Below, one piece after another: positions 1 to 8,235 of a stretch of DNA of 19,784 nt. Origin of the DNA: Candidatus Eiseniibacteriota bacterium (GTDB lineage Bacteria > Eisenbacteria > RBG-16-71-46 > JABDJR01). The stretch is taken from positions 1-19,784 of the forward strand of contig CAWANH010000026.1 in assembly GCA_963783375.1 (NCBI GenBank), in the 5' to 3' direction. Each line of letters begins with the position of its first letter. Position 1 is the stretch's first letter. The notes under the pieces were generated by a model. That model saw only the letters and a list, made by a program, of their open reading frames with translations. It searched no databases and was not told where the DNA came from. The position numbers and the translations under genes were made by a program.

Positions 1-22
1 GAGGAAGGCGTAATTCCGCCGG

Positions 23-41
23 GCCCGGCCGGAGGCCGGGC
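23..41 (-). terminator. GC-rich hairpin immediately after the stop codon of the metallopeptidase-like gene (no U-tract)
   Basis: GCCCGGCC(23-30)-GGA-GGCCGGGC(34-41) is a perfect 8-bp inverted repeat abutting the TGA at 42-44. It lacks a poly-U tail, so terminator function is uncertain. Confidence 0.3.
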
Positions 42-1502
42 TCAGGGGGCCCAAGGGGATCCGGCGCGGGTGAAGGTCAGGGGCCGTTGGGCCAAACCCC
101 GGGCCAGGGCGGCCGCTTCGTCCTCGGAGAACCGATAGGTGAAGAGCGCCCCCCTCGTCCCCAGGGTGATCATCTGCCGGGTCGAATCCGGGTCGGCGAC
201 GTTGAACGCGGCCAGGAACTCGTCCCGGTCCTCCGCGGTGTCCCAGGTCGTCACCCAGAGGCCTCGAAGGTTCCCGGCCGGAGGGAGGCCGCCATCCGAT
301 CCCTCCGGAGCCGGCCCGGGCGCATCCTTGGGCATCCGCGGCTTCCGCCGGTCCCAACCGCCGTCCGTGGACCCGCCGGCGACCGGCCCCAGGAGATAGA
401 ATCGGTCCCCGCCCCAACCCTCCGCGGCGGGGTTCGTCCACGCGGCGGCGCTGGCCGCGGTCAGCGCGTTCACGTACTCCCCGGCCGGCGTGGTGAGGAT
501 GGCCACCAGGATCTCGCCCAGGGTGTCCCCACCCAGGATCTCGAGTCCCGCGGTCCGAACCGCCGCGGTCGCCGCACCCTCATCCACCGTCACCGGGTCG
601 TCGCGCCCGGCCGTGTTCCAGTACTTGTCGGGGTGGAGGATCTGTTCGGAGGAGCGGGGAAGATCGCGCGCGGCGATGAGGAACCGCGCCCCGATCCTCG
701 CGCCGGCCTCCGGCGACGCCAGCCCCAGAAGACCGCCGGGAGAGAGAAAGAGCATTCCGCAGGTGTACTGGGCGAGGAACGTCTGGAAGTAGGGCGGCGC
801 CTCCAGGAAGGGCCGGCTCCGCTCGGCCTCGGATTCCATGATCTGGGTGAGGTCGGACATCCGCAGTTTTCCGGAAAGCTGGAGCTTCGTGGTGTAGATC
901 GACATGATCGCGGTGGCCGAGCCTTCCACCGCGCCCCCCAGGGCGAAGTCGGCGTCCTGGCTCCGGGGGTGGTTTGCGATCAACGAGTCCAGGCTCACGT
1001 ACTGGTCGTCGAGGGCGTGGGTGAGTTCGTGGGCCACCATGATCTCCTCGACCTGTGGTCCGAACTGGACCCCACCTCTCCGCACCATGTAGAAGGCCTC
1101 GGTTTCGGGATCGTAGAAGCCTCCGACCTGGTTCATGAGCACGGCTTCCAGGGTGGATTCGAAGTCGACCGAATCGGGAAGGAGTCCGGTCATGTGGAGG
1201 ATGGCCTCGGTCCGGTTCGAGCGCTCCGGGGGATACTCCTTGGCGATCTCCTTCCGGAGGTAGACCCGGAGCTGATCCTCGCTGTAGAAGTCCTTCTTCA
1301 CCGGATGCTTGAACGGGCGGCCGTCGATCGTGGCCACCTCGGTTTCGACCGAGTCGGCCATGGCGATGAGGGCGGCGGCGTCCATGGGGGGCGCTGACGT
1401 CTCGGTTTCGAAGGCGGCTGCGCGCGCCGGCCCCGCCCCGGCGAGGATGCCGGCCAATAGGAGTCCGGTCACTATGTGTGCGATGCGTGGGTTCATATCC
1501 AT
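42..1502 (-). CDS. Secreted putative zinc metallopeptidase (HExxH...E; DUF6782/Hvo_1808-like)
   Basis: Start trimmed to ATG 1502 (MDMNPRIAH; GAGGG upstream; alternative ATG 1496). Signal peptide 'IVTGLLLAGILAGAGPARA'. Motifs 'VGGFYDP', 'AHELTHALDDQ', 'AVEGSAT', 'PRSSEQILHPDKY', 'DTLGE', 'AAEGWGGDR', 'WVTTWDT'. Confidence 0.75.
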   Translation of the reverse strand: MDMNPRIAHIVTGLLLAGILAGAGPARAAAFETETSAPPMDAAALIAMADSVETEVATIDGRPFKHPVKKDFYSEDQLRVYLRKEIAKEYPPERSNRTEAILHMTGLLPDSVDFESTLEAVLMNQVGGFYDPETEAFYMVRRGGVQFGPQVEEIMVAHELTHALDDQYVSLDSLIANHPRSQDADFALGGAVEGSATAIMSIYTTKLQLSGKLRMSDLTQIMESEAERSRPFLEAPPYFQTFLAQYTCGMLFLSPGGLLGLASPEAGARIGARFLIAARDLPRSSEQILHPDKYWNTAGRDDPVTVDEGAATAAVRTAGLEILGGDTLGEILVAILTTPAGEYVNALTAASAAAWTNPAAEGWGGDRFYLLGPVAGGSTDGGWDRRKPRMPKDAPGPAPEGSDGGLPPAGNLRGLWVTTWDTAEDRDEFLAAFNVADPDSTRQMITLGTRGALFTYRFSEDEAAALARGLAQRPLTFTRAGSPWAP

Positions 1503-1515
1503 CCGCGCGTTACCC

Positions 1516-2952
1516 TCATCCCGCCCGGGAGGCCCGGCGCCCCGCCTCCAGCGCGAGCACCAGGCGATCCAGATCCTCCCGCGTGGTGAGGAAGTTGGTG
1601 ATCGTGGCCCGTAGGGCGGGGCCGATCCCCGTGAGCCTCGCCAGCGAGATCCATGCCTCGCCCGAGGCCAGGACGTTCCGGAGAACCGCGTCCAGGTACT
1701 CGAACGTCCCGCCCTCGGGAGCGGTTCCGTCCACGAAGCATACGGTGGGAAGCGGCGTGTCGTTAACCACCTTCCAGCCCGCCTCGGTGAGTCTCTCCCC
1801 CAGCAGATCCCCCATCCGGGTCTGGTGGCGGATCGCTTCCGCATAGCCGTCCCAGCCCGCCACCGCCAGCGACAGGAACACTTTGAGTCCGGTGAACCGG
1901 CGCGACCACTGGATGGTCGCCGCATACGGGTCGACCACCGGAAGCCCGGCCGCCTCGCGCGGCATGTAGTGGGCGGCCACCCGGAAGGTCCGGTCGAGGA
2001 TCCCGGGGCGGCGGGTCAGGTAGAGGCCGGCCCCCATCGGCACCGACAGCCACTTGTGGGCGTCGAAGGTGATCGAATCCGCGCGTTCGATCCCGGCCAG
2101 GGCCGGCCGGAGTTCGGGGACCAGCGCGGCCGCGCCGCCCCAGGCCGCATCGGCATGGAACCAGAGAATCTCGCGCTCGGCCACATCCGCGATCTTCTCC
2201 AGGGGATCGACGACCCCGGCATTGGTCGTGCCCGCGGTTCCCACCACCAGGAACGGCAGGTCGCCCGACGCCCGATCGTGATCCACCTGCCGGCGCAGGG
2301 CGTCCGCCCGCATCCGCAGCGAGCCGTCCACCGGAAGCTCCCTCACCGCCTGGGTGCCCAGACCGCAGAGCCGCGCCGCCTTGAGGAACGAGTGATGGCT
2401 CTCCGCGGAGACGTAGATCACGGGCTCGCCGGCCAGGGCGCGTGCCCCGCGATCGCGGAATTCGGGGAACGCGTGAACCAGGGCGGCGAGGACGGCGGTG
2501 TGGTTGGCCTCCGCCCCGCCCGAGGTGAAGGCGCCCTCGGCTTCCGCCGGATCGTAGCCGAAACGGACGGCGAACGCCCGCACCAGGTGCGCCTCGATCT
2601 CGATGGCCAGCGGGCTGTGGCTCCACGCCGCGAGCTGGGGGTTGAAGGCGGCGACCAGGGCGTCGGCGGCGATGCCCATGGTGGTCGAGGCGGGATTGAA
2701 CAGCCCGAAGTAACGGGGGTTCGGAGCGTGGGTCTGGTGGCGGGTCAGCTCGTCGGCGGCGAAGGCCACCGCCTCCACCGGATCCAGGGGCACCGAGAAA
2801 TCGAACGGGGCCAGGAGCGAGCGGATCTGCGCCGGATCCAGATCGGGCGCCACCCGCACCTCGTCCACCGTCGTCAGGTAACCCTCGATCCGGGCGATGA
2901 GTTCCTTCCAGAGCGAAGCCCGTTCCTCGGCGGTCAGCCTGAGCGAGGCCAT
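1516..2952 (-). CDS. Group II PLP-dependent decarboxylase (aromatic-L-amino-acid/glutamate decarboxylase family)
   Basis: Motifs 'PRYFGLFN', 'FTSGGAEAN', 'SHHSFLKAA', 'GTAGTTNAGVVD', 'WFHADAAWGG' and the PLP-lysine motif 'SITFDAHKWL'. Strong SD (GAAGGAGG) upstream. 13-nt gap to the next gene suggests an operon. Confidence 0.92.
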   Translation of the reverse strand: MASLRLTAEERASLWKELIARIEGYLTTVDEVRVAPDLDPAQIRSLLAPFDFSVPLDPVEAVAFAADELTRHQTHAPNPRYFGLFNPASTTMGIAADALVAAFNPQLAAWSHSPLAIEIEAHLVRAFAVRFGYDPAEAEGAFTSGGAEANHTAVLAALVHAFPEFRDRGARALAGEPVIYVSAESHHSFLKAARLCGLGTQAVRELPVDGSLRMRADALRRQVDHDRASGDLPFLVVGTAGTTNAGVVDPLEKIADVAEREILWFHADAAWGGAAALVPELRPALAGIERADSITFDAHKWLSVPMGAGLYLTRRPGILDRTFRVAAHYMPREAAGLPVVDPYAATIQWSRRFTGLKVFLSLAVAGWDGYAEAIRHQTRMGDLLGERLTEAGWKVVNDTPLPTVCFVDGTAPEGGTFEYLDAVLRNVLASGEAWISLARLTGIGPALRATITNFLTTREDLDRLVLALEAGRRASRAG

Positions 2953-3038
2953 GGCGCCCCCTCCTTCCCCTCGCCGCGGACACTCCCTTGGCAGGAGACG
3001 CTGGCACCCCGAGGGTGGCCGCGGGTAGAGCGCGCTCG

Positions 3039-3455
3039 CTAGTCCGCTCCCCCGCCGTACAAGGCCTTGATCCGGCCCCAGGTTGTGGCTTCGACCGGAA
3101 CGTCGCTGTTCACGGTCACCGTCCCGGTCATGCCCAGCCCGAAGTGGAACTGGCAGAAGTAGGGAATCATCCCGGTGATGGTGAAGGTGAATTCGAAGGT
3201 GCCGTGGCCGTTGTCGAGGGGGGCGTCGAACAGGGCGCCGGCGTCCGGCGAGTTGGGGTTCACGCCGTTGGTGACGGTATGGATGCCGTCGTTCCAGTGC
3301 CAGCGCACGGTGTCCCCCTGGTCGACGGTGAGCTCGGACGGGTTGAAGACGAAGCCCTGTTGCTGCACGTCGTGCACCGCGGCGAAGGCGGGGAGCGCGA
3401 GGAGCAGGATCAGGAGAGCGGGGGTGACGTGGAGAACCGCGAGGGGGTGGCGCAT
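3039..3455 (-). CDS. Secreted plastocyanin/azurin-like type-1 copper protein with a C-terminal TWGRIKALY tail
   Basis: Start at ATG 3455 (SD GGGAGG). Signal peptide ends 'PAFA'. Motifs 'FNPSELTVDQGDTVRW', 'HTVT' and the copper-ligand loop 'YFCQFHFGLGM' (C-x2-H-x4-M). Confidence 0.88.
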   Translation of the reverse strand: MRHPLAVLHVTPALLILLLALPAFAAVHDVQQQGFVFNPSELTVDQGDTVRWHWNDGIHTVTNGVNPNSPDAGALFDAPLDNGHGTFEFTFTITGMIPYFCQFHFGLGMTGTVTVNSDVPVEATTWGRIKALYGGGAD

Positions 3456-3711
3456 GAGGACCTCCCTTCGTTCGGGGTTGGGGGGATGCCTATTCCCGAT
3501 CATATCACTCCCGGTCCCCCGTTCCCACTTGTAGCCGCCACTCGGGGCTGCTAACAATCAGGAAAGACCGAGTTCGGGCGGAGACCCGGGCGGCCCATCC
3601 GGGTTCCGGAGGGGTCGCCGGCGGAAGCGCGTTCCCGGGCGGTCGAGGCGCCCACGGGTGTCCGGCCCAGATTCGGCCTCCTGCGCCAATCAGAAAGGGA
3701 GGACCGTGATC

Positions 3712-4185
3712 ATGGCCACTATCGCGATGAGCCTCAGGCAGTACCTGGACGAGCGCAAGGTCAAGTACGAGACCCTTCATCACCGGCGCGACTACACGGC
3801 CCAGGAAACCGCGGCGGACACCGGCACCCCCGGCCGGGAATTCGCCAAGGTCGTCATGATGAAAACCGACGCACGGTTTCTCATGGCCGTCCTACCCGCC
3901 CATCACCGGGTGAACATGGCGAAGCTCAAGGCGGTGCTCGGCTCCGACGAACTTCGCCTGGCCACCGAGGATGAGATCGCCCGCATCTGTCCGGATTGCT
4001 CGGTGGGGGCCGAGCACCCGTTCGGGAACCTCTACGAGATTCCGGTCTACGTCGGCAAGGATCTGGCCGGCGACGAGTGGATCACCTTCAACGCGGGCAC
4101 TCACGAGGATGTCGTGCGCATGCGCTACGACGACTATCAGCGACTCGTGCAACCCCGGGTGGTTGACTTCTCGGTACGGCCGTAA
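3712..4185 (+). CDS. YbaK/EbsC/ProX family aminoacyl-tRNA deacylase
   Basis: ATG 3712 with SD GGGAGG. Motifs 'HHRRDYTAQETA', conserved Lys in 'FAKVVMMK', 'AVLPA', 'LATEDE', 'GAEHPFG', 'FNAGTH'. Confidence 0.88.
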   Translation: MATIAMSLRQYLDERKVKYETLHHRRDYTAQETAADTGTPGREFAKVVMMKTDARFLMAVLPAHHRVNMAKLKAVLGSDELRLATEDEIARICPDCSVGAEHPFGNLYEIPVYVGKDLAGDEWITFNAGTHEDVVRMRYDDYQRLVQPRVVDFSVRP

Positions 4186-4213
4186 GCCTTCCGGCCAGGC
4201 GGTCGGCCTCCCG

Positions 4214-5311
4214 TCACGGCAAGCCCGGCGGCGGAGCACCGGGTCTCGGTGAGGGAGTCGTGGACGGACCGGCGGATAGACGCCGCCGGCCCGCGAGCCG
4301 CGCCATGCCGGTCACCCCGAGCCCGATCATGAGCAGCGCGACCGGCCAGGCGTCGAGTCCCGACCAGAAGGAACTCGTTCGCCGGTACTCGTCGTCGGCC
4401 GGGGCGCGGGTCAGGAACACAGACTCGTCCATGGGGTCATCGGGGCCGAAGATCCGGTCCAGCCGGGTCACGAACCGGCCGGGGGCGATCAGCTCCCCCA
4501 ATTCGGGGTAGCGCGCGGCCACCGCCGAGGCCTCGGAGCGGTCCACCGCGTTGGCGTAGACCGTGGTGAACCCCGGAATCGTCCCGCGGTGATCGTCGAC
4601 CACGAAGCACGCCATGGGGAGCCACTCCGCCCGATGGATGGAGAGGATCGGCAGCGGAACCTCGAGGGTGTCGGCGGCGTAGGTGAACCGCACCGGATCC
4701 ACGTTCACGTCCACCTGGTCGCCGAGTCCGGCCCGCGCGGTATCGAGCTTCATGGCGGTGAAGATCCACCCGCGCGCGACATAGGGGGCGAACTTCAGCT
4801 GGTCCTCCGGGGACAGGCTGAAGCCGTTCGCGTTCAGCCAGGCGCCCAGGGCCGACGGATCGCCGGCGGCGAGGATGGTGGCGTCGAAGGCGCCCACCGC
4901 GAGCCGGCCGATGATCTCGACCCCGTCGTCTCCCCCGCCCGCGGGTTGGGCGTAGTCCCTATAGCTATTGCCGCACCCCAGGTCTCCCGGTGCGCGATCG
5001 GACGGGGCCGGCGCGGTGAGCCCGAACATCTGGGTCCAGATCTCGCCGGGGGCGGGTTCCAGGTCGGGAACCGACGGGGTCGGCACGATCAACCCCCACT
5101 CCGATGCGTTCCCCGCCACCCGGATGTTGGGGATGAGCTGGATCTTTCCCGCCGCCCGGTCCATCACCACGACGTTGAGCTGGCCCATCGACTGCAGCTC
5201 GCAGTCCACGCAGTAGACGGGGATGCACATGGCTTCGGCCCGGTCCACGCTGCCGGCCGGGGCCGCCGCGCCCAGGAGGGTCAGGAGAACGACGATCCGT
5301 TTCATGGTCAT
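4214..5311 (-). CDS. DUF2330 domain exported protein with a C-terminal membrane anchor
   Basis: ATG 5311 overlaps the upstream TGA (ATGA). Signal peptide MKRIVVLLTLLGAAAPAG. Motifs 'WGLIVPTPSVP', 'VGAFDATIL', 'LGAWLNANGF', 'PYVARGWIFTAMKL', 'FVTRL'. C-terminal hydrophobic helix followed by RRR. Confidence 0.78.
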   Translation of the reverse strand: MTMKRIVVLLTLLGAAAPAGSVDRAEAMCIPVYCVDCELQSMGQLNVVVMDRAAGKIQLIPNIRVAGNASEWGLIVPTPSVPDLEPAPGEIWTQMFGLTAPAPSDRAPGDLGCGNSYRDYAQPAGGGDDGVEIIGRLAVGAFDATILAAGDPSALGAWLNANGFSLSPEDQLKFAPYVARGWIFTAMKLDTARAGLGDQVDVNVDPVRFTYAADTLEVPLPILSIHRAEWLPMACFVVDDHRGTIPGFTTVYANAVDRSEASAVAARYPELGELIAPGRFVTRLDRIFGPDDPMDESVFLTRAPADDEYRRTSSFWSGLDAWPVALLMIGLGVTGMARLAGRRRLSAGPSTTPSPRPGAPPPGLP

Positions 5312-5901
5312 CTCACGGCAAGGCTCAGCCCGAGTTGTACGAGCGAGCCGCTGTAGTTGATGTCGCCGAAGCCGCCGGGATAGCGGACGTTCCCCATGAC
5401 CGAGAGCCGCTGGCGCGCCCAGATCGAGAGCGTGGGTGAGATCGTGATCTCGGGGCGCAGTTCGATCAGTCCGCCGAAGGTCGGTTCGCGCCTGGAGTTC
5501 CCGTCCCGGTTGGTGAACCCGGTGAGAACGGTCTGGCCGCCGAAACCCAGGTAGATGGCCAGAGGGCCCTCCACCCGCTCGGGGACCAGGTCGGCCTGTA
5601 CGGCCAGGATGATGGGGACCACCCAGTACTTCGACTCCGGGCGCTGGAAGGTGGGATCGGGCTGCCCCTGGTCCGCGGTGGCCCAGAGGTAATCCACCTC
5701 GAGAAGGAAGCGGCTCCGGTCGGGGACGATGGCCAGGCTGTATCCGAGGCTCAGAATCCCGGCGGTGCCGAACTCGGTTCGATGGTCGGACTTGAAGTTC
5801 GACTGGAAGCCGCCCCCCAGCTCGATGGTGTGAGCCTCGGTCCGAGAGGCGAAGAGGGTCATGGAGGCGGCGAGGATCGAAACCAGACCCCCGACCGTCA
5901 C
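5308..5901 (-). CDS. Small outer-membrane beta-barrel protein (OmpW/OmpA-TM-like)
   Basis: Signal-like N-terminus and alternating amphipathic strands ('ILSLGYSL', 'FLLEVDYLW', 'IYLGFGGQ', 'SLVQLGLSLAVR'). Start uncertain (see finding on the SD at 5933-5939). Confidence 0.65.
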   Translation of the reverse strand: MTVGGLVSILAASMTLFASRTEAHTIELGGGFQSNFKSDHRTEFGTAGILSLGYSLAIVPDRSRFLLEVDYLWATADQGQPDPTFQRPESKYWVVPIILAVQADLVPERVEGPLAIYLGFGGQTVLTGFTNRDGNSRREPTFGGLIELRPEITISPTLSIWARQRLSVMGNVRYPGGFGDINYSGSLVQLGLSLAVR

Positions 5902-6152
5902 GCCGGAGAACAGGGAGCGCGTTACGCCGGAACTCCTTTCCAGGGGACGAGAAGGCCGGGAAGGAAACTCGGGTTCGGTGGTTCAGACCCCGAGCGGGGG
6001 CGTTCGGTTCCCGCAGGCCGAGGTCCATCGGGAATCGGGCCCAGGGGATCCGGAATAGGGAAAGGATTGCGAGTACGGGGTTCCCGGTATGAAGCGGAAG
6101 CCTCCCACCGTGAGATCCCGTCGGACCCCAGTGGGGCATACGGATCGAGGGC

Positions 6153-6298
6153 AAAAAAATTGGCGGCACGGGACGAGGTCACTGAACCGGTCCACGAACG
6201 CGGGAGTTTTTCCCCCAATGAGCCCCACCGACCTGAGTCGGCGGAGACTCAAAGACTCGCCGCGACGTAGCCGGGCTCAAGGCTCGACCGTGCCGCCA
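6153..6298 (-). ncRNA. Candidate structured RNA: ~138-nt rod-like hairpin followed by a U7 tract
   Basis: Perfect 11-bp terminal inverted repeat TGGCGGCACGG (6161-6171)/CCGTGCCGCCA (6288-6298). Nested stems on the minus strand: CGAG/CUCG, UGAGCC/GGUUCA, CUACG/CGUGG, CGCGG/CCGCG, GAGU/ACUC, and an apical UGAGUC(U)CCGCCGAC-UCAG-GUCGGUGGGGCUCA. Four G-U pairs work only on the minus strand. A7 at 6153-6159 reads as a U-tract 3' of the stem. Confidence 0.55.
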
Positions 6299-6366
6299 TC
6301 GTCGTCTCTCTCGATGCGTACTCTCTCTATCGCACTGCTAACAATTTCTATACGATTTTTTGCCAT
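6277..6366 (-). CDS. Candidate small protein/leader peptide, 29 aa (MAKNRIEIVSSAIERVRIERDDDGGTVEP)
   Basis: ATG 6366 preceded by the SD-like AGGTGG. Translated by hand; too short for the supplied ORF track. Its last codons overlap the 5' arm of the RNA rod. Confidence 0.35.
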   Translation of the reverse strand: MAKNRIEIVSSAIERVRIERDDDGGTVEP

Positions 6367-6382
6367 CCTGCATCCACCTACT

Positions 6383-6481
6383 TCACTTTTTCGAAACATT
6401 CTTGGGTGAAACCCCGCTGGACCCCCAGAACCGCCCCAGCCGTAGTAGCTTACAGCAAATCAGTGACAGCCTCGCCTCCAT
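6383..6481 (-). CDS. Candidate small protein, 32 aa (MEARLSLICCKLLRLGRFWGSSGVSPKNVSKK)
   Basis: ATG 6481 with AGGAG 8 nt upstream. Ends 16 nt before the 29-aa ORF. No recognisable family. Confidence 0.25.
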   Translation of the reverse strand: MEARLSLICCKLLRLGRFWGSSGVSPKNVSKK

Positions 6482-6576
6482 TCGCCCTTCTCCTGCAGTG
6501 CATCGCCTATAACCGACTGGTTCTGTTCGCATTCACCGGAATCCAGGTTCGGGGAGTCTCCTGTCTCATGGCTCTG

Positions 6577-6605
6577 AATATGACTCCTTTTTCCCCGTAG
6601 GTCAA
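6577..6605 (-). promoter_or_regulatory. Sigma70-like promoter TTGACC-N17-CATATT
   Basis: Plus strand AATATG (6577-6582) and GGTCAA (6600-6605) with a 17-nt spacer, in a locally AT-richer intergenic stretch. Confidence 0.55.
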
Positions 6606-6836
6606 GCGACAAGTGTACCAGCATCCTCTTTGTTAGACGGCTCAAGAGGCGCTTTTCCCGATTCCGATCCGAGAAACCTGAGAGCTGTCCGGTTCTCCCG
6701 GCTTCTGAACCCGTAGCTCTCACTCGCACAACGAGTTTTGGGTTGCAGTTTGCCCGCGCGGAGCTACACTGGCTCCCGTGCGCGGATCATCCCCCCGGCC
6801 GACGGTCGCCGAAGCGAATGGCGCGCGAACCCGAAC

Positions 6837-8210
6837 ATGAACGACCCTCCCGTCCTCTTGATCGCCCTGGCTGCCCTGGTCATCGGGGCTCTTCTTGCCT
6901 TCCTCCTGACCTCCCTGTGGGCGCGCTCGCGCCTCGGACAGCTCCGGCTGACCACCGCCGAACGGCTCACCGCCGCCGAGGCCTCGGCGGAGAGCGAGCA
7001 CCGGCGCCGGGAGGAACTCGAGACCGAGCTCCGCGGCACGGCCGAGGCCCGCGCCGAGCTGGACCGCCGCCTGGCCACCGCCCTCTCCCAACTGGACAAC
7101 GCCAAAACCCAGGTAATTGAACAGCAAAAATTCATCGAGAGCTCGCGCCGGGACCTGGAGAACGCCTTCAAGGCCCTGGCCTCGGCGGCTTTGGAGGGAA
7201 ACGCCAAGCAGTTCCTGGAACTGGCCGAGCAGCGGTTCGGGAAATCGGAGGCCACCGCCCGGGCCGAGCTGGAAAAGCGGAAGCAGGCGATCGACGAGAT
7301 GCTGGCCCCCCTCCGCGAGACCCTGGGGAAGCTCGCCGACCGCACCGGCCAGATCGAGGTCGCCCGCGAAGGGGCCTACAAGGCGCTCCGGGAACAGGTC
7401 GAGGGGCTCATGTCGCTGACCTCGTCCCTGCAGGAGAAAACGACGACCCTGGCCACCGCGCTTCGCGGCTCGCAGGTCCGAGGCCGCTGGGGCGAGATCG
7501 CCCTTCGGAACGTCGCGGAGCTGGCCGGGATGACCGAGCACTGTGATTTCGAGGAGCAGGAGACCCTGGGAGACGGGGGACGCCCCGACATGACGGTGCG
7601 GCTACCGGGGGGACGTCTGATCGCGGTGGACGCCAAGGCGCCCCTTGCCGCCTACCTGGAAGCCACTGAAGCGACCGACGAGGCCGCCCGGGAGAAGGCG
7701 CTGGACCGTCACGTGGCCGCGCTCCGGCAGCACATCCGGACCCTGTCCTCCCGCGAGTACGCGGCCGGCCTGAGGGGGGACGTGGACATGGTGGTGCTGT
7801 TCCTTCCCGGCGATCCCTTTCTGGCCGCGGCCTTCGCCCGCGCTCCGGATCTCCAGGTCGAGGCCCTGCGGTCCAAGGTCCTGGTGGCGACGCCGACGAC
7901 CCTGGTCGCGCTCCTGCGCACCGTCGCCATCTACTGGCAGCAACGCTCGATGGCCGAGAACGCGGAGAAGATCGCCTCGGTGGCCCGGGAACTCTACGAT
8001 CGGGCGGCGGTGTTCGGGGAGCACCTGGGCCGGGTGGGGCGCGGTCTTTCCACCGCGGTGGACGCCTACAACGACGCGGTGGGCTCCTTCGAGCGGCGCC
8101 TGGTGCCGATGGGCGGAAAACTGGAGGAGATGAAGGTGACCGAGGGCGCCAAGCGCCGGCTCGAGGGGGCGGCGGGCACGGTGGAGGGGGGCCCGCCGGA
8201 GCGGGGGTGA
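6837..8210 (+). CDS. rmuC: DNA recombination protein RmuC
   Basis: N-terminal TM helix and long coiled coil. Motifs 'NAFKALASAALEGN', 'RGRWGEIALRNVAELAGM', 'RPDMTVRLP', PD-(D/E)xK-like 'AVDAKAP', 'VVLFLPGD', 'ATPTTLVALLR', 'ELYDR'. Start set at ATG 6837. Confidence 0.93.
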   Translation: MNDPPVLLIALAALVIGALLAFLLTSLWARSRLGQLRLTTAERLTAAEASAESEHRRREELETELRGTAEARAELDRRLATALSQLDNAKTQVIEQQKFIESSRRDLENAFKALASAALEGNAKQFLELAEQRFGKSEATARAELEKRKQAIDEMLAPLRETLGKLADRTGQIEVAREGAYKALREQVEGLMSLTSSLQEKTTTLATALRGSQVRGRWGEIALRNVAELAGMTEHCDFEEQETLGDGGRPDMTVRLPGGRLIAVDAKAPLAAYLEATEATDEAAREKALDRHVAALRQHIRTLSSREYAAGLRGDVDMVVLFLPGDPFLAAAFARAPDLQVEALRSKVLVATPTTLVALLRTVAIYWQQRSMAENAEKIASVARELYDRAAVFGEHLGRVGRGLSTAVDAYNDAVGSFERRLVPMGGKLEEMKVTEGAKRRLEGAAGTVEGGPPERG

Positions 8211-8235
8211 TGGGGGAGACCGGAGAATTCCCTCC

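Noticed and set aside
6161-6298. MITE defined by 11-bp terminal inverted repeats
   Set aside because: No target-site duplication flanks it, and internal pairing with strand-specific G-U pairs favours an RNA structure. It cannot be fully excluded without a genome-wide search.
5983-6366. Selenoprotein read-through of the TGA at 6277-6279 into the 5983-6252 frame
   Set aside because: The frame is open past the TGA, but the extension is not protein-like, has no redox motif context, and I see no convincing bacterial SECIS at the right spacing.
6739-6753. Sigma54 promoter upstream of rmuC (TGGGTTGCAGTTTGC)
   Set aside because: GG-N10-GC spacing is present, but the match to the TGGCAC -24 element is poor.
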